A stretch of DNA of 64,000 bases from Mobula hypostoma (Eukaryota). The position numbers were made by a program, and so were the translations under genes. The notes beneath the pieces are model-generated. The model was not told the DNA's origin. It ran no database searches and saw only the letters and a list, made by a program, of their open reading frames with translations. The stretch covers positions 211,546,001-211,610,000 of the forward strand of contig NC_086097.1 in assembly GCF_963921235.1 (NCBI RefSeq). The letters run 5' to 3'. Positions 50,870 to 64,000 of the stretch are shown piece by piece. Numbering within the stretch: position 1 is the first letter of the stretch; each line of letters begins with the position of its first letter.

Positions 50870-52300
50870 TGAATCAAAGTTCAAAGTAAAATTATTATCA
50901 AAGCACATGTATGTCACCATTTTCAACCCTGAGATTACTTTTCTTGTGGGCATAGTCAATAATTCCATAGTAGAATAATAACCATAATAGAATAAATGAA
51001 AGACCACACCATCGTGGGCGTTCAACGAGTGTGCAGAAGAGAACAAACTGTGCAAATACAAAAAGGAAGAAATAAAAGTAATAAATAAATAAGCAATAAA
51101 TATAGAGAACATCAGATCCATAATCCTTGAAAGTGGGTCTATAGGCTGTGACAACACACACAAAATGCCAGAGAAACTCAGCAGGCCAGACAGCATCTAT
51201 GGGAAAAGAGTACAGTCAAAGTTTCGGGCCGAGACCCTTCATCTGGATGTGGGAACATTTTAATGGTGGGGCGAGTGAGGTTATCCCCTTTGATTCAAGA
51301 TCCTAATGGCTGAGGGGTACTAACTTGCTGAATCTGGTGGTGTGAGTCCTGAAGCTCCTGTACCACCTTCCTGATGGCAGCAGTGAGAAAGGAACATGTC
51401 CTGGGTGATGGATGCTGTTTTCCTGCAACAAGGCTTCATGTAGATGTGTTCAATGGTGGGGAAGGCTTTACCCATGATCTGCTGGGCCAAATCCAGTATG
51501 TTTTGTCGAATTTTCCACTCAAGGGAATTGTTGTTTCCATACCAGGCTGTGATGCAGCCAGTCAATCTACTCCCCACCACACATCTATAGAAGTCTGTCA
51601 AAATTTTAGATGCCATGCTGAATCTTTGCAAACTCCTAAGGAAATAGAAGCATTGACTGTAATTTCTTCATAATTGTACTCACATGCTGGGCCCAGGACA
51701 GGTCCCTCGAAATAATAACACTGGGGATTTAAAGTTGCTGATCCTTAATCACTGTGGATATAAGTGCTACTGGATGTTGGTCATTGAGACAGGTTACCAG
51801 GTTCTTCTTACACACCAGTATTATTGAAGCCTGTCTGAAGCAGGTAAGTACCTCAGACCACCAATGTGAGAAGTTGATCAGCACAGATCTTTTCGTACTT
51901 GGCCTGGTACCCTGTCTGGGCCGGGTGCTTTCTGTGGGTTCACCCTCCTGAAGGCTGCTTGCATGTCGGTCTCAGAGACTGAAATCAGGACCATCGGGGG
52001 CTGTGGGAGCTTTTGATGGTCAAGCGGGCATAGAAGGCATTGATCACTTCTGGAAGCAAAGTCCTATTGTCATCCGTCATTTGACTGAACTTCATAACAG
52101 GTGATAGCATTCAAGACCTGCCACAACCATCAAGCGACCTGTGTTGATTCAGGTTTAGTCTGGTATTGCCAAGTCGCCCACGAGATGGACCTCATGTAAC
52201 TTCCTTGGTCACTAGACATGAATGCCTCTCATCTAGCCCTTAGCAGATTGTGGATCTTGTGGATCATCCATGGCTTCTGGTTGGGGAAGACTCTCAATAA
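50870..52300 (-). mobile_element. Rex1/Babar LINE fragments with a 97-bp PLE-terminus insert (51151-51247)
   Basis: LTDFYRCVVGSRLTGCITAWYGN. The insert is flanked by TGTG (51147-51150, 51248-51251). Confidence 0.8.
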
Positions 52301-53246
52301 TTCACAAGTTTCACAAATTTTCACCAGATGAATGTGCCATTTCCAATTCTAACTTACTTTCTCTGAAGTTCATTTTTTTTAAACAGCTCCCTTTTAATGA
52401 GCCTTAGGCAAATAAAGATTTTTTTTCGTTGCAGCACCTTCAGATAGATGATGTGTAAGTCATAAAAGAAAACCCAAGTGATTTTAATAGGATTCAGTCT
52501 TTTGTGGCAAGGCCGTTGTACAATGCAATTAAGTATTTAGAAATAGGAGTTATTTTATTTTTGAATTAATCAGGCCTTCACATGCTACGCTGGGTCAATG
52601 ATTTACATGGAGTTGTACGTGTACTAGCAGAGTTATTTTCTGTCCGACTCTGTTTATAAAGCTCTTTTGAAGATGGCTTAAGATAGAATACCCTTCTATG
52701 TTGTTTAACTTTGGAGGAAATTTGCTTTATGTTATTGTAGTTAAATTCGATTGTCTTTGAAGCAATGAAGGTAATTATAATACAATAGGTTGAATGTAAT
52801 TTAAACAAGATCAATGTCGATGCTATTACTTACTTAATGCTTGTTTTGTGTGAAGTTTTCCTTAGTTTACAGAAAAACTAATTAATGGCTTGGAGAAAAA
52901 AAGCAAGATCCAGTGGACCTTGCCTACACCGAATGCTAATATTGGCAAGGATTTTCATTATTTTACAGTTGTCACTCTTGCTAATTCAGTTTTGCATGTA
53001 GTAATGTAGTTGCAAAACAAAAATGTATATTCCCAAAATCTACCACTTATGAGACTAGATCTTGGCAGTATTGGGTACTTCCAGCTGATTTCTTATTTAC
53101 ATTAGTAAGCTCCAACAGTTATCAATGCCTACAGCTGCTCCTTTTCTGATGAAATCAACTTGGTTAGTTACCTTTTTTGAAACTTTGCAATGCACGACTC
53201 TTTCCTGTGGCTTGAAAACATGCAGCAAATTTTAATTTTTGTTTGC

Positions 53247-54390
53247 AAAGTTCAAAGTAAATTTATTATCAAAGTATACATGTCACCATATACAACCCTG
53301 AGATTTATTTTCTCTGCAGGCAATCACCAGTAAATTCAAGTAAAACAATAGAATCAGTGAAAGGCCACACCAAACAGGCCCGACAAACAATCTACACCCA
53401 ATTGTGCGAATACAAGAAAAGAGAGAAAGAAAGAATAGTAACAATAAATAATAGATACCAAGAACATGAGGTGCAAAGTCGCTGAAAATGAGCTTGTGGG
53501 AACAGTTCATTGATGGGGTGAGTGAAATTATCCCTTCTGGTTCAAGAGCCTGATGGTTGAGGGATAATAATTATTCCTGAAGTTGGTGGTGTGGGTCCTG
53601 AGGTTCCTGTACTTACTTCCTGATGGCAGCAGTGAGAAGAAAATATAGCCAAGACGGTGGGGGTCCAAGCTGACCACTGCTGCTTTCCTGTGACGGTGCT
53701 CCATGGAGATGTGCTCAGTGGTGTGGAGGGCTTTACCCGTGTTGGACTGGGCCATATCCACTACTTTTTCATAGGATTTTCCAATCGAGGGCATTTGTGT
53801 TTCCATACTAGGCTATGATTCAACTGGTTAATACACTCTCCACAAGACAATTATAGAAGTTTGTCAGCATTTTAGAAGTCATGCCAAATTTTCGCCACCT
53901 TCTAAGGTGATTTGTGTGAGTGGACTGTATATTGATCTCTTCTGGTTTTTTTGGCATTTTCTTTCTTGTGGCTGATTGGACGGGTGGGTGATCTGTTTGT
54001 TCTGTGTGTGTGTGGCAGGGGGGCGGTTGGTGGTTTTGGTGCTACTGTAGCTGTTCTTTTTTTACGTTTGCAAATGAGGGGTCGTGGTTTGTTATTGTCC
54101 CTGTTTTTCTTCTGTGGGGAATGGTTGGCAATTTGTTGCTGTTTTGTTTTCTGTGAATGAAGGGTCGGGGATTCTGGGGTTTGTGAGTTTTGTTTCTTTT
54201 CCTTTTTTGTGCGGGGGATGGAGTTGAGGTATGGCCTTCCTGTATTTCATGGCTATCTGGAGAAGACAAATATCAGACGTGCACATGCATACTTTTACAA
54301 TAAAATCAACCTGTGAACTTTTGAAAGTAGAGGCACTGCCGTGCTTTCTTTGTAATACATCTACGTGCTGGGCCTCAGGGACAGGTCCTC
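53247..54390 (-). mobile_element. Rex1/Babar 3' end interrupted by an oppositely oriented tail repeat (about 53905-54322)
   Basis: FFSLLPSGSKYRNLRTHTTNFRNNYYPSTIRLLN. Rex sequence resumes at aagtagaggcactgccgtgctttc. Confidence 0.7.
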
Positions 54391-55807
54391 TATTTCAGAG
54401 GAATTCCACTTCATTTTACATTTATATTTCATATGAGAAATACTTGGTCATATACTTTATCTACAAACTATTTTATTGTAACTTGCAACAAGAATATTTG
54501 TAGACCTAATTATTCATCAAAATTTCAATGTATTTGCCTTGATTACTAAATTAGAAAATGTTTGCTGGGAAGAAACTTGCACTAGCTGTGCTGTTCCTAT
54601 CTGTTCTACTCCGCACCAGTTGTAGATTCAAAAACTCCTTGCTGGAATACCAGTAACTTTTAATAAAGCAGTTGTAATTAGATTGTTGTGCTCTTAACTA
54701 GAACTGCCCCTCAAGATTGGAGATGACTTATGTCTGCTCTGCTTTGCTGGGTGGTGAGAATTTATGACAATATTTACCCAGCTTCCATCTGTTCCAGAGA
54801 TGATAATCTCCACTTCTCCACTCTATCGGTGTAGCTAAAATGATTCATCTCTGGAATCAGTTTGGTAAGGCACTTCTGCAAAGGACGCAAAACTGAACAC
54901 AACACTCCCAATTGTGGCTGAACCAATGCTTTATACACATATTCCCAGTTCTGTTTGTGCATCCCTTTTAGAATTGTGCTCTCTATTTTGTCTCTTCTCA
55001 TTCTCCGTAGCAGAGTGCAATACTTCACACTGAGCATTAAATCACAACAGTTCTTTTCACTATCCTATCTGTGTCTGCTGATTACAATCTTCCAGCTACC
55101 CTCTCTTTCAGATTTTGTCAACTAGGAATTTGTGGTCTCTGCTCCAAGCCAGGTGATTAGTATATATTAAGAAGATGGTGGGGTTACTACTCTATCTTGG
55201 TCCCACCTCATAACACAACAGTGAATAAGCAGACATTCCCACAATTAAATATAGAAAAGACCAAAAATCTTTATCCAATAACTGTTAAGAACATTTTTCC
55301 TAGGTCAATGTGACTTTTCCTTTCCTTTCATTTTTTTGTGTAGGGAGAGGGGATTAAGGGTTTGATGATTTTGCTGCCGTTACTTTCTTTCTTGGTTCTG
55401 TGGCAATCTGGAGAAGAAGAATTTCAGAGTTGTATACTATAATAAATGAAGCTTTTAAACCTGTTTCTGTTATCTGTCAGCATTGTCTGAAATTAAGCCA
55501 TACTGTTTATAAAAGCAATGTATCCATATCATCGACAATACCACCAACATCCGTCTCTGATTTGTCTCCGTCAGCTCATCGGTTGAGAGCATTGTCCAGT
55601 TTTTTTAGTCCATTCTCAATTAGGCACTGAATTGGTAGCACAGTTAGGCCATTCAGCCCATTGAGTCTGCCATACCAGTTGATTATGTCTGATTTATTTC
55701 CCCCCCTTAATCCCATTCTCTTTTTTTTCCTTTCCTTAACTTCTAACACCTTAAACCCTTACTAATCAAGAACTTATCAACCTCCGATTTTAAATATAGC
55801 CAATGAC

Positions 55808-56908
55808 ATTTGACAAGGTCCTGCATGGGAGATTGATCAAGAAGAATCAGTTGCTCGGCATTCAAACTGAGGTAGTAAATTGGATTAGACATTGGCTTTG
55901 TAGGAGAAGCCAGAGAGTGCTAGTAGATGGTTGCCTCTCTGACCTGTGACTAATGGAGTGCACAGGGATTGGCACTGAATCCGTTGTTGTTTTGTCATCT
56001 ATATCAACGATCTGGATGATGATGTGGTTAACAGGATCAGAAGATTTGCAGATGACATCAAGATTGGGGGTATAGTGGGCAGTGAGGAAGAATACCTGAT
56101 TCTGTAGCAGGACCTGGACCAATTGGAAAATGGTCTGGAAAAGGCCAGGTGGAATTTAATGCAGACAAATGTAAGTTGTTACACTTCAGTAGGACAAACC
56201 AGGATAGGTCTTGCGCACTGAATGTTAGGGCACTGAGCAGTGTGGATATACAGGTAGTTCATTCACAGGCTGATAGGGTCATAAAGAAAGCTTTTGGTGC
56301 ATTGGCCTTCATGAATCAATGTATGAAGACAGGAGATGGGATGTTATGTTGAAGTTGTATAAGACATTGTTGAGGCTAATTTGGAGTATAATGTGCAGTT
56401 TTCATCACCTACCTACAGGAAAGATGTAAGTAAGGTTGAATGTGTACAGAGAAAATTTCCAAGGATGTTGCTGGGTCTGGAGGCCCTGAGTTATAAGGAA
56501 CAATTGAATAGGTTAGGACTTTATTCCTTGGAATATAGAAGATTGAAGAGAGATTTGATAGAGGTATACCAAATTATGAGGGGTATAGACAAAGTAAATG
56601 CAAAGTCTTTTTATACTGAGGTTGGGTGGGCCTACAGCTAGAGGTCATGGGTTAAAGATGAAAGAGGAAAAGTTTAAGGGGAACCTTGTTCACTCCAAGT
56701 TTTGTGAGAGTGTGGAATGAGTTGCCAACGCTACTGGTGAATGCCAGCTCAGCTTCAAGGTTTAAGAGAAGTTTGGGATAGGTACGTGGATGGTAGCAGT
56801 ATGGAGGGAGTCCCAGTGCAGGTCGATGTGGGAGTGGACAGTTCAAGCGGTTCAGCATCGACTAGATGGACCAAAGGGCCGGTGCTATTCTTTTCTAGGA
56901 CTCTATGA
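55808..56908 (+). mobile_element. CR1 RT-to-3' end fragment inserted in an opposite-strand CR1 (about 55640-55807, 56909-57045, 57800-58095)
   Basis: FDKVLHGRL, YINDLDD..FADDIK, MEFNADKC..LHF, VQRKFPRML. Confidence 0.8.
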
Positions 56909-58684
56909 CTTAGCTTCCACTACTGTGTGGCAATGAATTCCATAGATTCACCTGCTTCTAGCTAAAGAAAATCCTCCTTATCTCTATTCCAAAGAAGCAT
57001 CCTTTAATTCTGAGGCTGTGTCATCTAGTGCTGGATTCTCCCACTGCAGTTAACTTCAGTTTTACTGTTGAATAAACAGTAAAAGTAAACAAATAATATT
57101 CAGAACTGAAAATCACGAAACTTTAAGTCCACAGCCACAAAGCCAATCATCACTGCAGCTGATCCAGGAGCCTGTTACTCGTAGGCCACAGCCTCAGTTT
57201 AGTGAAGAGATGAGTAAATCTTGGAGAGCAGTGAGCTGAACACTGGCATGTCCCTTGCCTCTGGCCCCAACACCCTGACCTTTTCTATCTGGCCCAGCAC
57301 TTAAATTGCCCAAACAACATGTTATTCCTCGCTCTCGAACCAGGGCCCTGCCTCTTCAATACACTCTTGGGCCGGGACCCACTAACTCGAGTTGGCCCAT
57401 ACCCAACCTTTTTAATTTGGCCCGTGCTTAAATTAGTCAAACCTCTGCGTGTTCCTCGCTCTCGTACCTGAGCCCCACAGCCTCAACTCTGCCTCGCCTC
57501 GGTTCTGTCACTTTGAATCACTTCCAAGTCAGCTCCAGCAGCCAAACATTGGCTCATTCCCAGCTGCTGTGCCCTTTATTCGACCCATACACGCCACAAT
57601 GCAACCATGCTGCCCCTTCGAGGTGTCAGTTCACACCGTAAAACTGCCAGGTCATACAGGTGGTTGGAAAGCTCGACTCTGAAAGGGAAGTTGCAGGCTA
57701 ATGACTGCAGTGATTGTTTTTGTCAAAAGGTGTGATTAATAAAATAATTAATAGTTGCTTTTGCTGCCAGCAAATTATTACTGCCATCTTAAACCGGAAT
57801 CCCGCACAAGGAGTCCCAAGACCCTTTGCACCTCCAATCTCTGAATTCTCCACCCATTTACAAAATAGTCTACACTTTTGTTCCTTCTACCAAAGTGCAG
57901 GACCATACACTTCCCTACACTATATTCCATCTGCCACTTCTTTGTCCCAACCTAGCCAAGTCTTTCTGCAGAACCCCCCCCCTTCCTCAACACTATCTAC
58001 TCCCTCACCTATCTTCTACAAGCTTAGCCACAAAGCCATCTATTCTATCATCCAGGTTGTTAGCATATAATGTGAAAAGTAGCATTGCCAATCTCAGACC
58101 TGTTGGTGATGCTCCAGGGCTGGGGCTGCTCAGCACGGCCTCTTTAAGCTGAGCTGTCTACTTGCCTCACTGTCACACCCTCGTGTTTGTAGCCTTTTTA
58201 GACAAAATTCCAACGTGTAATCTCTGCCATTCGATGCTCTGAATGTAAGATCAATAACATTCTGCATCTGCTGCAACACTAATATTCTTAGCTATTGCCG
58301 TAGTGTTTGCCGACCTATATCAACTCACACAAGCAGTGCTTCAATTTAAAAATTTTCAATGTAGTATTCAAAACTTTTCAGTGCAGATTTTCAGATCCTG
58401 GAGGTTCATCGCCCTTTATCATTTCCCTTAATTATTTCAATTAATTTAGTTATTTTTATTTGTTATTTGAAATATCTGTGTTTTTAACCCATTTGTTTTC
58501 GATCCATAAATCTCAATTATTTCAAAGAAATTTTCTGTCAGCTTACCCGAATAGATGTATACCAATGGATTCTACTTAATTGGAACATATTGGGGCCAGT
58601 ACACTTTGGCCCAATTAAGCAGCTGTCCCAATTAGCCAAAGTTTCATGGAAATAGTTAAAAAGGTATAAAAAAGACAAACTACC

Positions 58685-59623
58685 TTTTTTTTCAATCTTT
58701 TTATTAGTTTCAACAACAAACACATTACAAAAAGTACATAATAATTGGGATTGTGTTAATTGATAGTTATTAAAGTTTACAGTCAGGTAGCACATAGTTA
58801 GAAACATCCCAAAATCACATAGGTTAACAACAAAATATGGAAAGAGTATACAAAAAACATAAAATATCGTAAAAAAAAGAAAAAGAAAAAAAACCCTAAA
58901 AAAAATCTGCCCAATCTAAAGAAAACTACGGAAAAAAAGAAAAGAAAGGGCTATTATGATATCTCAGATAGAACCAATAGTGTCGCCACTTCCGCTCCTC
59001 TCCCCATATATTGAAATCACAAGATAGATTGGCAAGGGACAGATTACATCATGTGGAAGTATTGGATAAATGGTCTCCCAAGTCTCGTCAAATTTAATAG
59101 ATGGGTCAAAAATAACACTACTAATTTTTTCTAGATTTAAACAAGATACAGTTTGAGAAAACAAATGAAATGTTGTAGGAGGATTAATCTCTTTCCAATT
59201 CAATAGTATAGATCTTCTAGCCATTAAAGTAACAAAAGCGATCATCTGATAAACTGAAGGGGTCAAATGATGTTTTACAATCATTGGTAAACCAAAAATG
59301 GCAGTAATAGGATGAGGTTGTAAATCAATGTTCAAAACAGTGGAAATAATATCAAAAATATCATCCCAATATTTCTTCAATAAAGGGCAAGACCAAAACA
59401 TATGAGTTAATAAAGCTATCTCTGAATGACATCTATCACATATAGGGGTTATATGAGAGTAATAACGAGCTAATTTATCCTTAGACATATGAGCCCTATG
59501 TACAACTTAAAACTGTATCAACGCATGTTCAGCACAAATAGAGGAAGAATTAACTAATTGAAAAATTTCTTGCCATTTCTCAGTAGGTAAGGTAAACTTA
59601 AGTTCCCTTTCCCAGTCATTCTT
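58685..59623 (-). mobile_element. 5'-truncated L1 3' end
   Basis: CDRCHSEIALLTHMFWSC (CCHC), poly(A) at 58685, TSD aactacc (58678-58684, 59624-59630). Confidence 0.88.
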
Positions 59624-59921
59624 AACTACCATTTAACTGAGTAACAAATTATGTATTTAATGAAATGCATAACAAGTTAGAACACTTACCAATATTTCTA
59701 CAGTACTATAAAGCTAAGTATTAGTTCCTAATAGTTATCAATGTAGGAATTCACCCAGTGTATGCTGCCATGTTCTTTTGATTGACTGTAAATGAACCAA
59801 ATCAGTGCAGACAGATTCTTAATGCAGATAATGGACTGTCTTCATACAAAACTTTTGATGGCCACATCCTTCAAATCCTCATTTTCATTGTAACAGTCAA
59901 GATGATTGTAAATAACTTCAT

Positions 59922-61748
59922 TGTAGAAACAGGGAAAGGATGGCAGGGTACAGGAACCGTGGTGTACAAAAGCTGTTGTAAATCTAATCAAGAAGAAAAG
60001 AAGAGCTTATGAAAGGTTCAAAAAGCTAGGTAATGATAGAGAGCTGGAAGATTATAAGGCTAGCAGGAAGGAGCTCAAGAAAGAAATTAGGAGAGCCAGA
60101 AGGGGCCATGAAAAGACCTTGGTGGACAGGGCTAAGGAAAACCCCAAGGCGTTCTACAAGTATGTTAAGAGCAAGAGAATAAGACGTGAGAGAATAGGAC
60201 CAATCAAGTGTGACAGTGGAAAAGTGTGTGTGGAACCGGAGGAAATAGCAGAGGTACTTAATGAGTACTTTGCTTCAGTATTCACTACAGAAAAGGATCT
60301 TGGTGATTGTAGGGATGACTTACAGTGGACTGAAAATCTTGAGCATATAGACATTAAGAAAGAGGATGTGCTGGAGCTTTTGGAAACCATCAAGTTGGAT
60401 AAGTCACCGGGACCAGACGAGCTACTGTGGGAAGCGAGGGAGGAGATTGCTGAGCTTCTGGCAATGATCTTCGCATCAGCAATGGGGACGGGAGAGGTTC
60501 CGGAGGATTGGAGGGTTGCAGATGTTATTCCATTATTCAAGAAAGGGGGTAGAGCTAGCCCAGGAAATTATAGACCAGTGAGTCTTACTTCGGTAGTTCC
60601 TAAGTTGATGGAGAAGATCCTAAGAGGCAGGATTTATGAACATTTAGAGAGGCATCATATAATTAGGAATAGTCAGCATGGCTTTGTGAAAGGCAGGTCG
60701 TGCCTTACAAGCCTGATTGAATTTTTTGAGGATGTGTCTAAACACATTGATGACGGTAGAGCAGTAGATGTAGCGTATATGGATTTCAACAAGGCATTTG
60801 ACAAGGTACCGCATGCAAGGCTTATTGAGAAAGCAAGGAGGCATGGGATCTAAGAGGAAATTGCTTTGTGGATCCAGAACTGGCTTTGCCCTTACAGTGG
60901 GACATCGATAGGATGGAAAAATGGGCTGAGAAGTGGCAGATGGAGTTCAACCCAGATAAGCATGAGGTGGTTTATTTTGGTAGGTCAAATATGATGGCAG
61001 AATATAGTATTAATGGTAAGACTCTTGGCAGTGTGGAGGATCAGAGGGACGTTGGGGTCTGAGTCCATAGACACTCAAGGCTGCTGCACAGTTTGACTCT
61101 GTGGTTAAGAAAGCGTATGGTGTATTGGCCTTCGTCAATCATGGGATTGAGTTTAAGAGCCGAGAGGTAATGTTGCAGCTATGTAGGACCCTGGTCAGAC
61201 CTCACTTGGAGTACTGTGCTCAGTTCTGTTCGTCTCACTGTACGAAGGTCGTAGAAACTATAGAAAGGGTGCAGAGGAGATTTACAAGGATGTTGCCTGG
61301 ATTGGGGAGCATGCCTTGTGGGAATAGGTTGAGTGAACTCGGCCTTTCTTCCTTGGAGCAACGGACATGAGATGTGACATGATAGAGGTGTACAAGATGA
61401 TGAGAGGCATTGATCGTATGGATAGTCAGAAGCTTTTTCCCAGGGCAGAAATGGCTAGCACGAGAGGGCACTGTTTTAAGGTGCTTGGAAATAAGTACGG
61501 AGGAGATATCAGGCGTAAGTTTTTTTACGCGGAGAGTGGTGAGTGCATGGAATGGGCTGCCAGCGGCAGTGGTGGAGGCGGATGCAATAGGGTCTTTTAA
61601 GAGACTCCTGGATAGGTACATGGAGCTCAGAAAAATAGAGGGCTTTGGGTAACCCTAGGTAATTTCTCAGATAAGGACATGTTCGGCACAGCTTTGTGGG
61701 CCGAAGGGCCTGTATTATGCTATAGGTTTTCTATGTTGTATGTTTCTA
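59922..61748 (+). mobile_element. 5'-truncated CR1 with internal deletion of the RT catalytic core
   Basis: ORF 60119-60853 (PGNYRPVSLTS..QHGFVKGRSCLT..DFNKAFDKVPH). WIQNWL jumps directly to LQWDIDRM near 60890. (tttctatg)n tail. Imperfect TSD tgtaaataacttcat / tgtaaattcttcat. Confidence 0.9.
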
Positions 61749-62819
61749 TGTAAATTCTTCATAGTTCCTATCTTGAAGTAGTGAAATCATTTCATTTTCA
61801 CTCTTGGCTATTTCTGGCATCTCCAAGCCTAAATGCTTGAAACTGCAGTGAGCAAAACTGTTCTACGTTGTCTTACTGCTTATTTTTCGCCAACTATCAG
61901 TGACAAAAATAACTGCTTTTTGGACACAAACACACACAAATGGCACACGATTTAAAAACTGTTCAATCTGTGTTGTGTCTAACAACCACATGATTGACGC
62001 AACTGATGCTAGTTAAAAACTGTTCAGCAACATATGTCTGTCCCAATTAAATGGCACACTGTCCCAAATAAACAAAAGGAATCCCAGCTATTTTCTCGAT
62101 TAGTTTTTGTTCTTTAAGAGTTGTCCCAAATAAGTGCCTTCACCGATTAACTGGAATCCATTGTATTTAACGTACCTGTCATTTTCTTGTTTCCAGATAG
62201 TTTCTCCTGTCTCAATTGGTAAAGGACCCACAATTGCTTTTTCTGATGTTTTCCTTTATACAAACTTATAGAAGCTTTTGCAGTCTGCTTTTCTTGTAAT
62301 CTACTTTCCCAACTTTGATTCTCCCTTGTTGAATTCTGATTTTGTCCCAGTTAACAGACTTGCTGCTTTTTTTAAATAACATTAATGGCCTTATAATTTA
62401 ATACTATCTTTAACTTCTTTTAAATGCCACAGCTAGAGCACTTTTCCCAATGGATATCTTCAGCCTACTTGTAAATTTTGTATTAATTCTTTAAAAGATA
62501 CTCATTGTACCTCTTCTATCATACTATTTAACATGGTTTCCCAGTCTACCAGAGGCAAACTTGTTCCAATGCTTTCTTGTTTGCTCTTTTCAGATTTTGG
62601 ACCCTTAATTCAGATTGAGCTAAGGTACCTGCTATGTTCACTACTCTCTAAAAGTCCCTTAACTGCCAGATCATAAATTAACCATTTTCATTACACAAGC
62701 CGATTATAAAATAACCTTTTGAGTAGTGATTTTCTCAAAATACAAACTTAGAAAACCATCTCTTGTACATTGCATAAATTCATCTTCTGCATTATTCCTA
62801 TTCATTTGTTTTGTGCAGT

Positions 62820-63540
62820 TCAAATTCAAGCTTAATTATATTAAAGCTCATATGAATACAGCCAAATGAAGCAGCATTACCATGAGGCCAAGGTGCAAAA
62901 CACAGTACCAACAGTCATACACAGCCGAAGGCACATATAGCACATATAGCAGTAAAAGATAGCCACACAAAAAAAATAGTCCAAGTCCCAGAGTCCATAA
63001 ATGTTGCAGCAGTCTGCAGTCATCTTGTCTTCTGCTGATTGAACACTAGAGGACAGCAGAGACTCCAGCTTGTACACCGCACCACACTGCCACTGCCTCT
63101 CTCCTGGGCGGCTGCAATCTGACTTTAGGCCTAGTCCTCACTACAACTGAGGACATGCAGTTCCCCTGTCAATTGCCAATAAATCAGTAAATCAGAGTTG
63201 CAGCATTCCACATTAACGATGTCCAACAGTCATTTGGTCACAAGAAAAGTGACTAAAATGATCACACGCTGTTAGATTGCACGCCTCTTTTGTGCACCCA
63301 CTCCAGTGTCTCTCTGACGCAGACAGTAACACGATCTACACCAAGCAAGTCCAGCTCCTTCAGCTTCTCCGCCAGCGAGCAACTCGCAGATAGGGTTGAC
63401 CTGCAGTACTTTAAGTTCTTAATGTCCAGCAGAGTCTTGAGATCTTTTTAAAAAATACATTTAAAAAAAGACAATAGCACCTCTGGCTGGCCACCATAGA
63501 AGCCATTGTGTCTGAGCACGCCACCTTCTTAGGTCTAACC
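62820..63540 (-). mobile_element. Non-coding LINE-tail-like repeat
   Basis: ttcaaattcaagcttaatt terminus resembling the other Rex-type tails; no ORF support. Confidence 0.4.
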
Positions 63541-64000
63541 TGTAGTTTGTAATCAAAGTTAATAGATACATTAACCTTGCCTCGCACTTTTAATCTTCTG
63601 ATTTGTACTGTGTCCTGCTTTTCCACCATTGCTTGGAGAGCCATGTTCAACTGTCTTCAGTATATTCTGTCTATTGCTGCCTCTTAGCTGCAAATTGATC
63701 CTGTTTCTTGATTTTTCTGAGCTACGTTCCTTCCCCTTTGCTGCCTTTATCTGAATTTTTTTTAAGTACATTTAATTCACAGTTCAGCTGGGTTATTTAA
63801 GGATGACTGCAAGACGTAGATAGAGGTTGTTTTCATTTTGAAGACTGTCTGGTTCACATATTGTCTCATACATGTGATAAGAGGATTTGTGCTTTGACTT
63901 CCAGGGAAACGGTTTCACATGTGACTGGTTTTGAATAGGCTGCTTCATTTCAGCACCAAGTCCTCAAGGGTATTTTATGTGATCTTTTAATAAATGTATC

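Larger units (their letters stand above)
58562..62163. mobile_element. Tc1/mariner-pogo-type non-autonomous DNA transposon split by L1 and CR1 insertions
   Basis: TIRs caatggattctacttaattgg / ccgattaactggaatccattg. TA at 58560-58561 and 62164-62165. Subterminal (tgt)cccaa(t/a)ta repeats at both ends. Confidence 0.72.

Noticed and set aside
86..63771. The many 60-200 aa ORFs in the track
   Set aside because: They are TE fragments, their antisense shadows, or chance ORFs. None shows a recognisable host-protein domain.

Overview
Eukaryotic, not prokaryotic, DNA. It is an AT-rich vertebrate intronic or intergenic window dominated by transposable elements. The repeat mix suggests a cartilaginous fish, probably a ray or shark (inference): abundant CR1 LINEs, Neptune-type Penelope-like elements (PLEs), Rex1/Babar, L1, a V-SINE, Gypsy, Tigger/pogo and hAT-Charlie. 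No complete host gene is visible, only 2-3 small candidate + strand exons (2927-2999, 6835-6909, possibly 50741-50816) that I cannot assign to a gene. All long ORFs in the track derive from TEs. The most notable structures are: (i) about nine copies of a minimal hammerhead-ribozyme motif carried by PLE 3' ends, by ~97-bp stand-alone inserts and by a TSD-flanked fold-back dimer; (ii) an L1 with a twin-priming-type 5' inversion and an exact 14-bp TSD; (iii) DNA transposons closely resembling mammalian MER2 and MER1/Charlie3 as I recall them; (iv) Tigger deletion derivatives carrying a captured hAT fold-back MITE; (v) several multi-layer nested insertions with readable TSDs; (vi) repeat-poor islands that may be conserved non-coding elements. 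Family names come from recognised motifs and recall, not from database searches. Boundaries without a TSD are approximate.
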